Assembly (NCBI GenBank): GCA_035632755.1
Contig: DASQGF010000168.1
Span: 1 to 62,135 of the forward strand
Origin: Terriglobales bacterium
GTDB taxonomy: Bacteria > Acidobacteriota > Terriglobia > Terriglobales > Acidobacteriaceae
Length of the DNA stretch: 62,135 bases
Direction of reading: 5' to 3'
Position numbers and translations under genes: made by a program. This document shows, piece after piece, positions 25,972 to 34,851 of this stretch (position 1 is its first letter; each line of letters begins with the position of its first letter). Under the pieces are notes generated by a model, which made no database searches, was not told where the DNA came from, and saw only the letters and a list, made by a program, of their open reading frames with translations.

Positions 25972-28566
25972 TTACGCGTGCCGAAGTCCTCCTTCCCCGG
26001 AGCGAGCGCGAGCGACTAACAAGGTGAGGTCATCACTCTGCTCGCCCGCAGCGAATTCCTGGACGGCGGCCAGAACGGCCTGAAGAAGGCCGGGAGCGTC
26101 CAGATGCCGATTCTCCCGCAGGGCCCGCGCCAGGCGAGCTTCGCCGAACTCCTCCTGGCTGGCGTTCATCGCTTCGACGATACCATCGGTATAGATGGCC
26201 AGGATGTCGCCAGGGGCGAGTTGGGTTTCGGCAACCACGCACTCCCATTCCTCGAACAATCCTAGAACGGTCACCGTGGCAACCAGGTGCTCTATGCTCT
26301 CACCCCGCAACAACAGCGGCGGGTTGTGACCGCAGTTGGCATACCACAGGCGGCGAGTCGCGTCTTCATACACGCCCAGGAACAGGGTGGCGTAGTTACT
26401 GGGCTCGGTGGATTCGTAAAACATGCGATTCACGGATCGCAACGATCGCGGGAGATCCTGCACCAGGATGGCAGACTGGCTGCGCAGGTGGGCTTGAAGG
26501 TTGGCCATCAACAAGGCTGCGGACATGCCTTTCCCCGCGATGTCGGCCAGAACGAAGCCCACGCGGCCCAGCCCCAGTTCGAGGAAGTCGTAATAGTCCC
26601 CGCCCACGGCCCGAGCCTGGATGCAGGTGCCGGCATAGTCGAGAGTGGCGAGCGCCGGGGCCTTCTGCGGCAACAGCTTGCTCTGCACCTGCCGCGCAAT
26701 CTCCATCTCGCGCGCGGCGCGGTGCTCGGCTTCCATACGCTCGGCCATCTTCTCCGCAAGGCGAATATTTTCCAGCGCCACCCCCGCCTGGTTGGCCACA
26801 GAATCGAGGAGGCGCTTGTCCTCGTCGGAATAGGGTTCTTCGGACCGCCGCTGTCCCAGGACGAGCAAGCCCAGCAGCCGGCTGTCGCGGCCCAGGATAG
26901 GTACCAAGCACTCCGGCGAGAGCGCCGACAAGGCCATGGCTTCCGCCGCAGCCTCCGCTTCCGGGGGCGGAACGTCCCAGGCTTTTCCCCACCGTGCGAG
27001 TTTGCGCAGAATGGGTAGCGCCGGAGAGATGGTTGCAAGCTGGGGCAGCGACACGCCACACTCCGCCACCAATTGCGAGTCACCCGCTTCGAGATAACAA
27101 GCGAACGACTTGGGATGCAAAGCGCCCTGGATGTGTCCCTGGAGCAGGGATGCCAGTTCATGCCGGTCGGTTACGGTGCGGGTCTTTTCCGCCAGATCTT
27201 GCAGGATGATGCGAGCATCGTATGCGCTGCGAAAGAACGCCCGGTCGATGCGCTCGGTTCCGCGCTTGACCATGGGTGCCGAAGCCCACACCAGCACAAT
27301 CCCGAACACCGCGCTAACGGCCATGCCGATGTTGGAATCTGTCCGGAAGAATCGCGAGAAAGTATGCGTGAACAGTGCGATGGCGGTAGCCGCAGCGATA
27401 AACAGTAAAACGATGAATCCGCGCTGCACCAGCACGTACCGCGCACTTCGTCGCAGCAGCACCGGGATTTCCAGCACCCGGTGCTTCACCACCGCGTAAG
27501 CAAACGACAGGGGGTACAGGATCAACACCACATTGAGCGCCGTATTGAGCCAGAAGGACGGTTGGAATCCAGCGAAGTCAACCGCCGCGCGCTCGATGAC
27601 GATCGGAAGAACGCCGACGAAAGTGCCCCAGAGAATCACCCGCGATTTTCGCCGCACTTCCGGAGAGCTGGTGGCCCCCAAACCATTTCCCGCAAGCGAA
27701 ATCATACCTAGGGCGAAGAAGGCGTAAGTCAATGCAAGGCCCATTACATGCGCGACGCGGGCGCCCACAAGCTGCGTCAGCATAATCGGCCAGCGCGGAT
27801 CGCCCGTCCGCAGCCCGGGCAACCCCCGAAAGACTCCCAGAGCGAGGCTTGCCCACTTCAACCACGGGAACCCGCGTTCCAGCGGAGATCGCGCCGGAAA
27901 GACCGCAAAGAATGTGTAGAAGAGCGAGGGAAACATGCCCCAGAGAACGGCGCGATAAGCAAAAGCAAAGGCACGCAGCGCGGGAGGCATGGCTGATTGA
28001 TTCAAGATGCCCGGGGCGGCGACGAACCCGCAGAACACCAAGGCTAACAGCCAGGCATAGGGATCATCGAGCCGCAAGAACAGGACCACAAATCCCACCA
28101 CCAGAAACAAGACCGGGAACGAGCCGATGATTTGCAGCGCCGAAGTCTTGGCCAACCCCTCCCGTACCAGGGTGGAAGCTCGAAAGACCCCATGCAGGAT
28201 GAGCGGCTTCGCCTCCCCGGGGCGCTCGATGGCCAACTCCACCGGGTCGCCTGGCCGACCACGGGCCCAGGCTTCGTCGAAAGGTGCCGCCGTATCGAGT
28301 CTTTGCCCGTTGACCCCAACAATGCGGTCCCCCGGACGCAGCCCAGCGCGCTCGGCCGGACTCCCTGGCACCACATCGCCAACTGCGATCGAGTGCGTTT
28401 TCTCGTCGTACTGGACGTTGTGCGTCTGATTGAAACCCAGCTCCACCAGGTTTCCCGGACGACGCACGTAGTACATCCAGAGCGAACCGTAAAGAATCGC
28501 GACGGCCGCTAAGAGCACAGCCAGCCCCCATAGAAACGGGCGCGGGAGAGAAATCCGGATCGGCAC
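25972..28566 (-). CDS. PDZ - polytopic membrane - GAF - SpoIIE/PP2C phosphatase
   Basis: 864 aa. PDZ (VVPGSPAERAGLRPGDRIVGVNGQ), about 8 TM helices, a GAF-like region and a PP2C domain (GGDYYDF..LADIAGKGMSAALLMA..TDGIVEA). Confidence 0.85.
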   Translation of the reverse strand: MPIRISLPRPFLWGLAVLLAAVAILYGSLWMYYVRRPGNLVELGFNQTHNVQYDEKTHSIAVGDVVPGSPAERAGLRPGDRIVGVNGQRLDTAAPFDEAWARGRPGDPVELAIERPGEAKPLILHGVFRASTLVREGLAKTSALQIIGSFPVLFLVVGFVVLFLRLDDPYAWLLALVFCGFVAAPGILNQSAMPPALRAFAFAYRAVLWGMFPSLFYTFFAVFPARSPLERGFPWLKWASLALGVFRGLPGLRTGDPRWPIMLTQLVGARVAHVMGLALTYAFFALGMISLAGNGLGATSSPEVRRKSRVILWGTFVGVLPIVIERAAVDFAGFQPSFWLNTALNVVLILYPLSFAYAVVKHRVLEIPVLLRRSARYVLVQRGFIVLLFIAAATAIALFTHTFSRFFRTDSNIGMAVSAVFGIVLVWASAPMVKRGTERIDRAFFRSAYDARIILQDLAEKTRTVTDRHELASLLQGHIQGALHPKSFACYLEAGDSQLVAECGVSLPQLATISPALPILRKLARWGKAWDVPPPEAEAAAEAMALSALSPECLVPILGRDSRLLGLLVLGQRRSEEPYSDEDKRLLDSVANQAGVALENIRLAEKMAERMEAEHRAAREMEIARQVQSKLLPQKAPALATLDYAGTCIQARAVGGDYYDFLELGLGRVGFVLADIAGKGMSAALLMANLQAHLRSQSAILVQDLPRSLRSVNRMFYESTEPSNYATLFLGVYEDATRRLWYANCGHNPPLLLRGESIEHLVATVTVLGLFEEWECVVAETQLAPGDILAIYTDGIVEAMNASQEEFGEARLARALRENRHLDAPGLLQAVLAAVQEFAAGEQSDDLTLLVARARSGEGGLRHA

Positions 28567-28736
28567 GGCGACCTCTCCTTCTGAGAAGTCGGGCTTTACA
28601 CCGGTGTCAGACTACGGTGATAACCGGCAGCAGTCAATCGCGAGGTAGAGTATCCAGACACGAGGCAGCATCCTTCTTCGCCCCACGGCATTGAGGCTTT
28701 TCGTCCGGTCTTTTTTTGAAAAGCCGCACCCGTCCG

Positions 28737-29729
28737 TCAACCCATGACGGCGCGCAGCACAGACCGGTTGTCGAGATGGCGCAACCCGGCTTCTGAGGCC
28801 GCTTCCAGTGCATCCTGGAATTCCTCATGCGTGATGCAGCGGTTGATCTCAGCGTGCTCCTTCGCGCTCACCTTGCCCGCGGGATAGTACTGCGGCATGA
28901 CGTTGACGTAGGTGTCGGGGCCGAGTTCGCGGGCGATCCAGCGCAGGATCTCGTGCGTGCCAGCGATGCCACCAGGCATGACCAGATGGCGCAGGATGAG
29001 GCCGCGCAACGCCAATCCGCTCTCGTCCAGTACCAGCGCCCCGACCTGCCGGTGCATTTCCTTGATAGCGTGGCGGGCCGTCTCCGGATAGTCAGGAGCG
29101 CGGAGGTAGCGGCGCGCCATCTCGGGGTCCCAGAACTTGAAGTCCGGCATGTAGATGTCAACCAGGCCGTCCATCAGTTCCAGCGAGTCGAGCGAGTCGT
29201 AGGCGCCGGTGTTGTACACCAGCGGCAGCCGCAAGCCGCCCTCGACCGCGATCAGCAGCGCTTCCAGGATCTGCGGCACCACGTGCTCGGGCGTCACCAG
29301 GTTGATGTTGTGGCAGCCGCGCCCCTGCAGCTCGAGCATCATGGACGCCAATTTCCGGGGAGGCGTGATCTCGCCTTCCACCTGCCAGCTCACCTCGAAG
29401 TTCTGGCAGAAGACGCAGCGCAGGTTGCAGCCGCTGAAGAAGATGGTTCCGGAGCCGCGGGTGCCCCGCAGGCAGTCTTCCTCGCCGGAGTGGGCGAAGT
29501 AGCTGCTGACCCGCACGTAGCGGCCGGAGCGGCAGACCGCGAATTTGTCAGCCAGGCGATTGACGTGGCAATCACGCGGGCAGAGCGCACAGTCGCTGAG
29601 CTTGCTGAGCCCGCGTACGACGCGGTTAGCGAGCTCACCTGATTCCCACAGCTCAAGGTACGCCGGCCGGAACGAAGCACGAGCTTGAACCACAGGGTCC
29701 ATAACGCCTGCCTTGAGGATTCTATGCAC
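28737..29729 (-). CDS. radical SAM protein (PflX/COG1313-like activase family)
   Basis: Cluster motif CNLRCVFCQN preceded by a Cys-rich N-domain (CALCPRDCHVNR). The start is uncertain (ATG 29729 or ATG 29702). Confidence 0.8.
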   Translation of the reverse strand: MHRILKAGVMDPVVQARASFRPAYLELWESGELANRVVRGLSKLSDCALCPRDCHVNRLADKFAVCRSGRYVRVSSYFAHSGEEDCLRGTRGSGTIFFSGCNLRCVFCQNFEVSWQVEGEITPPRKLASMMLELQGRGCHNINLVTPEHVVPQILEALLIAVEGGLRLPLVYNTGAYDSLDSLELMDGLVDIYMPDFKFWDPEMARRYLRAPDYPETARHAIKEMHRQVGALVLDESGLALRGLILRHLVMPGGIAGTHEILRWIARELGPDTYVNVMPQYYPAGKVSAKEHAEINRCITHEEFQDALEAASEAGLRHLDNRSVLRAVMG

Positions 29730-29933
29730 GGTAAGCCGGCCGGTTCAATGCTGCACGCGGCGCTTGACGGTCCCGCTGCTGCTTTCGCAGACTTCCTATT
29801 TCGGCACAAGACGAAAGCGAGGCGGTAGCGCGGTAGTTTTGCTCAGCATAACCTCCAAATTTCTGATTCTGCCAGGCCGCGGAATTTAGGCTGGTTTTTT
29901 GGTTAGAACGGTGCTACGATTCGCCGCCCTAGT

Positions 29934-29959
29934 TTTGCAAGTCCAATTTGCAAGTCCAA
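29934..29959 (+). promoter_or_regulatory. perfect tandem 13-bp direct repeat TTTGCAAGTCCAA x2
   Basis: Read directly. It lies 69-94 nt upstream of the GTG start of the large peptidase gene, in an AT-richer divergent intergenic region. Confidence 0.4.
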
Positions 29960-30027
29960 AAAGGTCTTCACGTTTGAGTAGTGGGCCCCAGGGATCAACA
30001 TCCTGCCGTTGACATGGAGGCGTTGTC

Positions 30028-33000
30028 GTGAAGAGACTAACTTCTGCTTCGTCGCTCTCGTCCATTTCACTAGCCACCAGCCACATTCTATTGGTTGCCG
30101 CCGTAACGCTGCTTCTGGTGATCGCGGCGCCGCGCGATTCGTACGCCCAGACGGGGCATGGCCGCAACAATGACGTGATCACCCACAAGTTCCAGCCGAG
30201 GGTCTCGCCTGAGAGTTTGGCTCCGGCGGGGCCGCCGGCTACGAGTAAGACCGGCATCGCCGCCAGCGCCCTGGGGCAGATCCAGGCGCTGCAGCTGGAC
30301 AAGGCGGCACGCACGCAGACACAGAAGAAGATCAGTTCCAAACTCATCTATACAGCCAGGATGCTGCAAGGACAGCCCGCGGCACCTGGCGTGCCATTCT
30401 TGAACACTGGCGTGGATGTCGACGATAACGGCAACATGCTGGTGGACATCACCGCCAATTTCACGGATGACTTCCTGGATCGGCTGAGGGCGACGGGGGC
30501 ACAAGTGTTGACCTCCGTTCCTGCCTATCGCGGTGTCCGGGCATTGATCCCCGCCAACAAGCTGGAGACCATCGCGGCTTGGTCCAACGTGATCTTTATC
30601 GCGCCCAAGCGGGAGGCGATGACAACGGGTGTGATAGCGGCGGCCGGCAAGTCCTCTGGGGTGGCGGGCACGGCCCCGGGGTTTGAGCAGCGAGCGGCCA
30701 GGGTACGCAATTATCTGGCATCGGTGCTTCCCGTGGCGGCCGTGTTGCAACATGGTGTGCCTCCTCACAGTGTTTCCAGTGTTCCCGGGACGCCAGTCAT
30801 CCCCTTCACCGGGCAGGGCAGCGTGACCACCCAAGGCGATTTGACCCACAAAGCCTTTGAAGCCCGCCAGGCTTTCGGCGTCAATGGCGCCGGACTCAAG
30901 ATCGGCGTCCTTTCCGATGGCGTCACCCGCCTGGCCCTCAGTCAGGCTTCGGGCGACCTCGCGAATGTGACGGTGTTGGAAGGGCAGACCGGAGAAGGCG
31001 ATGAGGGTACGGCCATGCTGGAGATCATCCACGACATGGCCCCGGGCGCGGCACTGTATTTCGCCACCGCGTTCAACAGTCTCGAGAGCTTTGCTCAGAA
31101 CATTCACGACCTGCGGACGGCGGGTTGCGACATCATTGTTGACGATGTCTTCTACTTCGTCGAATCGCCCTTTGTGGATGGGCAGACGGCAGCCGTAGTT
31201 TCGCCCAACGACCAGGGGCTTATTCTTCAAGCGGTAGACGATGTCACCGCCGATGGCGCATTGTACTTCTCTTCTGCCGGGAACCAGGGCAACCTGGACC
31301 TGGGTAGTGCGACTACCTACGAAAGCGACTATGTGGACGGCGGTCCGCTCACCGTGCCGGGGGTCCCCCCTATAGCCCCCCCCTATCCCGTGGTCCTCAG
31401 CAGCGTTCACAATTTTGGCACCACAGCCTCCCCGGTGCTATGGAACCAGGTTCTCGTCGCCAGCGGAGGCCCTTCCTTCCTCTACTGGTCTGACCCGCTG
31501 GGCGCCTCCACCAACGACTACGACCTCTTTGTGCTCGATCCTACGGCTAAAACCGTGGTGGACGCGTCCACCGACACCCAGGACGGAACTCAGGATCCAG
31601 TCGAAGCCGTGGGCCCCGTCCCGGCCGGCGACCTCCTGGTTGTGTCCAAATTCTCAGGCGACCCCCGGTACTTCCATCTGAACATGAGCGCCAACGGCGT
31701 GGGCGCGTTGACTTTTGTCACCAACGGAACAACCCACGGCCACAACCAAGCGGCGCTGGCCTACGGCGTTGCCGCCACCCCGGCGGCCGCGCCCGCAGGC
31801 AACACCGTGCCCGGGCCGTACCCGAATTTCTTCAATACTGGTAACGAGATCGAGTTCTTCAGCGCAGACGGACCGCGCCGAATCTTCTTCGAACCAGATA
31901 TGACACCGATCACTCCGGGGAATTTCTCTTCCACCGGAGGCCTCCTGCGCCAGAAGCCCGACATCACGGCAGCGGACGGCGTCTCCGTCACCGGCACGGG
32001 CGGTGACTTCCCTAGTACTTTCTACGGTACTTCCGCCGCCGCTCCTTCTGCGGCCTCGGTTGCCGCTCTGGTGAAATCGGCCAAGTCCGGCCTGACCCCT
32101 GATCAAATTCGCACTGCCCTGACCACGACCGCGGTCGACATCATGGCCGAGGGCGTGGACCGCGATTCCGGCGCCGGCATTGTGATGGCGTGGGATGCGG
32201 TGAATTCGCTGGGCGTTCCGGGCTTCGCCAATCCCGAACTTGGTGACATCACCGCCACCGATCACCCGGGGAACGGCGATGGCTTCCTGGAAGGCGGTGA
32301 AGGTGGCATCGTCACCATCAAATTGAAGAACACAAACGGGGTGGTGAATGCTTCGGGAATCACCGCGACGCTCAGCAGTCCCACCGGCGGAATCACGGTT
32401 ACTCAACCCCCCACGTCAACCTATCCGAACATGCCGGCGCGCTCGGCTGCCCAGTTCGCAAATGTGAGCCCGTTCACGTTCACCCTGGCGAGCAATTACC
32501 CGTGCGGCCAGGCCATCACTTTCAATTTGGCCCTGAGCTATACAGGCGGTCCCAGTCGAACTCTGACTTTCACTGTGCCCACCGGTCCGATTGTCAACAT
32601 CAGCACCACCCTGGGCACTCCGACCGCGGTGACGGGCGTTACCACGGAAACGGGGACGCTGACCGCAGCAAGAATTAGCCGTAACGCCGTGCCCAGCACC
32701 TGCGCTACCACGCCCAAGGCCTTCCCGGGCACTGCGGGAGGCGCCGGTAACCGTGCCTTCGACGGCTACACCTTCATGGCCACCCACACCACCTGCACCC
32801 CCGTCACCATGACCTCGGACAATGGCGTCAATCTCTTCACCGCTGCCTATTCGCCGGACGTCGTTCCCACGAATCTCGCAACAGGCTACTTTGCGGATGC
32901 CGGAAGCAGCAACACCGTACAAAGCTTCGGCATGGAAACGACGGCCGGAAAAACGTACACACTGATCCTCTATGATGTGCCTCTGCTCGAGACCCCCAGC

Positions 33001-33807
33001 GCAAGCGCTTACAACCTGCAGTTCTCCGGCTGTGCTTTTTACACGCCTACCGTCAACCACCCGCCGGTGGCGAAAGCGACGAACGTCACCGTGGGCGTGG
33101 CACCAAATGCAACGACGGCCAGTGCGTCGATCAATGATGGGTCCTTCGATCCCGACGGAGATCCGATCACCATTACCCAGATACCTCCGGGACCGTATGC
33201 GCTGGGAACAACCCCTGGTGTGCTGTTGACGGTGGTGGATCCGTTTGGAGCGACGTCACAGGCGACTGCGAGCGTGACCGTAGTGGTTCCTACCATCACG
33301 GTTGTTCCCGCTTCGTCGGCGGTGACAGTCGCAGCCGGCGGAGCAGCCAACGTCAACCTCACCATTACCGGCAACCTCAATTTCTCGACGGCGTCGACCC
33401 TGGGATGCGTGACCACAGCGGCGCATACCAGCTGTGGGTTCAATCCGTCGAGTCTGACCGTGGGAACCTTGTCCCAAACGGTTGCCCTGAGCATCCAGAC
33501 CAAAGGCTCGCACTCCGCGTCGAACCGCATGCCGCGGTGGCCGGGCAGGTCCAAGGTCGTGTTCGCGACGCTGCTAGGTATGCCGATGTTCGTGTTCATG
33601 GTCCCGCTTGTTGACCGCAGGCGTGGCCGCAAACGTCACAGGGTATGGCCCTGGATGGGATTCCTGCTCCTGCTGCTGCTGCTGGCCGGTTGCGGCACCT
33701 CGGCTGTGCCGGACGTCACGTCTCCTGGTGTGTACCCCGTGCAGGTGAACGTGACCGTGGGACCAACCACGGGTTCGGCTGTCATCAACCTGACCGTTAC
33801 CGATTAG
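30028..33807 (+). CDS. large secreted S8/S53-type serine peptidase with beta-rich/Ig-like domains and a C-terminal two-helix membrane hairpin
   Basis: 1259 aa. GTG start with GGAGG 7 nt upstream and a signal/anchor ILLVAAVTLLLVIAAPRDSYAQ. Contains IGVLSDGV, EGTAMLEIIHDMAPGAALYF and catalytic-Ser motif FYGTSAAAPSAASVAALV. Confidence 0.8.
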   Translation: MKRLTSASSLSSISLATSHILLVAAVTLLLVIAAPRDSYAQTGHGRNNDVITHKFQPRVSPESLAPAGPPATSKTGIAASALGQIQALQLDKAARTQTQKKISSKLIYTARMLQGQPAAPGVPFLNTGVDVDDNGNMLVDITANFTDDFLDRLRATGAQVLTSVPAYRGVRALIPANKLETIAAWSNVIFIAPKREAMTTGVIAAAGKSSGVAGTAPGFEQRAARVRNYLASVLPVAAVLQHGVPPHSVSSVPGTPVIPFTGQGSVTTQGDLTHKAFEARQAFGVNGAGLKIGVLSDGVTRLALSQASGDLANVTVLEGQTGEGDEGTAMLEIIHDMAPGAALYFATAFNSLESFAQNIHDLRTAGCDIIVDDVFYFVESPFVDGQTAAVVSPNDQGLILQAVDDVTADGALYFSSAGNQGNLDLGSATTYESDYVDGGPLTVPGVPPIAPPYPVVLSSVHNFGTTASPVLWNQVLVASGGPSFLYWSDPLGASTNDYDLFVLDPTAKTVVDASTDTQDGTQDPVEAVGPVPAGDLLVVSKFSGDPRYFHLNMSANGVGALTFVTNGTTHGHNQAALAYGVAATPAAAPAGNTVPGPYPNFFNTGNEIEFFSADGPRRIFFEPDMTPITPGNFSSTGGLLRQKPDITAADGVSVTGTGGDFPSTFYGTSAAAPSAASVAALVKSAKSGLTPDQIRTALTTTAVDIMAEGVDRDSGAGIVMAWDAVNSLGVPGFANPELGDITATDHPGNGDGFLEGGEGGIVTIKLKNTNGVVNASGITATLSSPTGGITVTQPPTSTYPNMPARSAAQFANVSPFTFTLASNYPCGQAITFNLALSYTGGPSRTLTFTVPTGPIVNISTTLGTPTAVTGVTTETGTLTAARISRNAVPSTCATTPKAFPGTAGGAGNRAFDGYTFMATHTTCTPVTMTSDNGVNLFTAAYSPDVVPTNLATGYFADAGSSNTVQSFGMETTAGKTYTLILYDVPLLETPSASAYNLQFSGCAFYTPTVNHPPVAKATNVTVGVAPNATTASASINDGSFDPDGDPITITQIPPGPYALGTTPGVLLTVVDPFGATSQATASVTVVVPTITVVPASSAVTVAAGGAANVNLTITGNLNFSTASTLGCVTTAAHTSCGFNPSSLTVGTLSQTVALSIQTKGSHSASNRMPRWPGRSKVVFATLLGMPMFVFMVPLVDRRRGRKRHRVWPWMGFLLLLLLLAGCGTSAVPDVTSPGVYPVQVNVTVGPTTGSAVINLTVTD

Positions 33808-33811
33808 GGGT

Positions 33812-33859
33812 CAACGGCTGGGGTCAAAGGAGAGTTATTCCCTTGACCCCAGCCGTTTG
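33812..33859 (+). terminator. long hairpin after the peptidase gene (no U-tract)
   Basis: CAACGGCTGGGGTCAAAGG - 10 nt - CCTTGACCCCAGCCGTTTG, with a 13-bp perfect core. It starts 5 nt after the stop codon. Confidence 0.5.
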
Positions 33860-34002
33860 CAGGTGACGGTGGAACAATCCGGGCTCGGCTGACTTTCGGG
33901 CGATGGTGCCCGAGGCGGTCGGGCCCGGTGCCTTTGGGCCGGGCGGTCCGTAGTACGTGGGGTGTCTTGTGGGGCGGCGTCTCCGCCGCCCTTGTCACAC
34001 CA

Positions 34003-34470
34003 TCAATAAGGGATTCTGTCCGCTTTTGCCTGCCAGGCTCGGAACGCAGCCAGAGCTTCATGGCGCAGCATCTGCGTCATGGGGAGACTGCGAGTGGCGT
34101 GTGGTAACGCGAGCTCACGATAGATGCGCGAGTCATCGAAGCCGATGGCGGCGGCGTCCTCCACCGTGTTGGCGTAATAAACCTTGTCCAGCCGCGCCCA
34201 ATAGATCAGCCCCAGGCACATGGGACACGGCTCGCAACTGCTGTAGATGTCGCATCCCGCCAGTTGGAAATGCGCGAGCGCACTGCAGGCGGCCCGCACC
34301 GCCAGTATCTCGGCGTGCGCGCTGGGGTCGTTGGTGGAGGTCACCTGGTTCGTGCCCTCCGCGATGATCTCATCCCCCCGCACCACCACGGCGGCAAACG
34401 GGCCTCCCCGGCCCGACCTCACATTCTCCAGCGAGAGCGCGATGGCCCTGCGCATGAATTGTTCCTGCAA
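34003..34470 (-). CDS. CDA-fold nucleoside/guanine deaminase
   Basis: 155 aa with zinc motifs HAE and PCPMC. Overall similar to GuaD/TadA-type deaminases. Substrate cannot be assigned from sequence alone. Confidence 0.8.
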   Translation of the reverse strand: MQEQFMRRAIALSLENVRSGRGGPFAAVVVRGDEIIAEGTNQVTSTNDPSAHAEILAVRAACSALAHFQLAGCDIYSSCEPCPMCLGLIYWARLDKVYYANTVEDAAAIGFDDSRIYRELALPHATRSLPMTQMLRHEALAAFRAWQAKADRIPY

Positions 34471-34851
34471 CAGTCCTCTCCCGAGTGCGCGGGAGCGGGC
34501 GCGCGACAGGCCCCACTCCAGCGGCGTGCGCGGATTGTACTCCAGCTTACGATTCGTGGTGGTGGACGCAGATTTACTCCGCGGGCATTCTCAGCAACCG
34601 TCTCCTGAATAGTTTCCGGGCCAGGGATTGTTCCCAGAGACCGCGGTTGCTGGGTCTTCGACGCACCGCACCCGGGCCGACACGCGCGTTGACACCGGTT
34701 AGGAACTTGCAGTAACGTTTGCTCGCAAGAACGAGATTCCTTCTCCGCGCGCGCGGAGTCCTTCCCACGATTTTCGCCACGAATCAGAAAAAGCCGGACC
34801 AGCGCCCCTGTCCGGGAGAGCCGCGTTAGTGTTATTTTCTTAAGCTTCCGT

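Noticed and set aside
29886-30347. 153-aa minus-strand ORF across the start of the peptidase gene
   Set aside because: It overlaps the SD, start and signal peptide of the 1259-aa gene, has no SD of its own and matches no recognisable family.
34471-34851. 380-bp divergent intergenic region (deaminase / kinase) with an inverted repeat CAGCAACCG...CGGTTGCTG; considered as a possible ncRNA (6S, SRP, riboswitch)
   Set aside because: I could identify no conserved motif of any known RNA family by eye. It is probably a promoter region. It could be screened with Rfam, but I make no claim.
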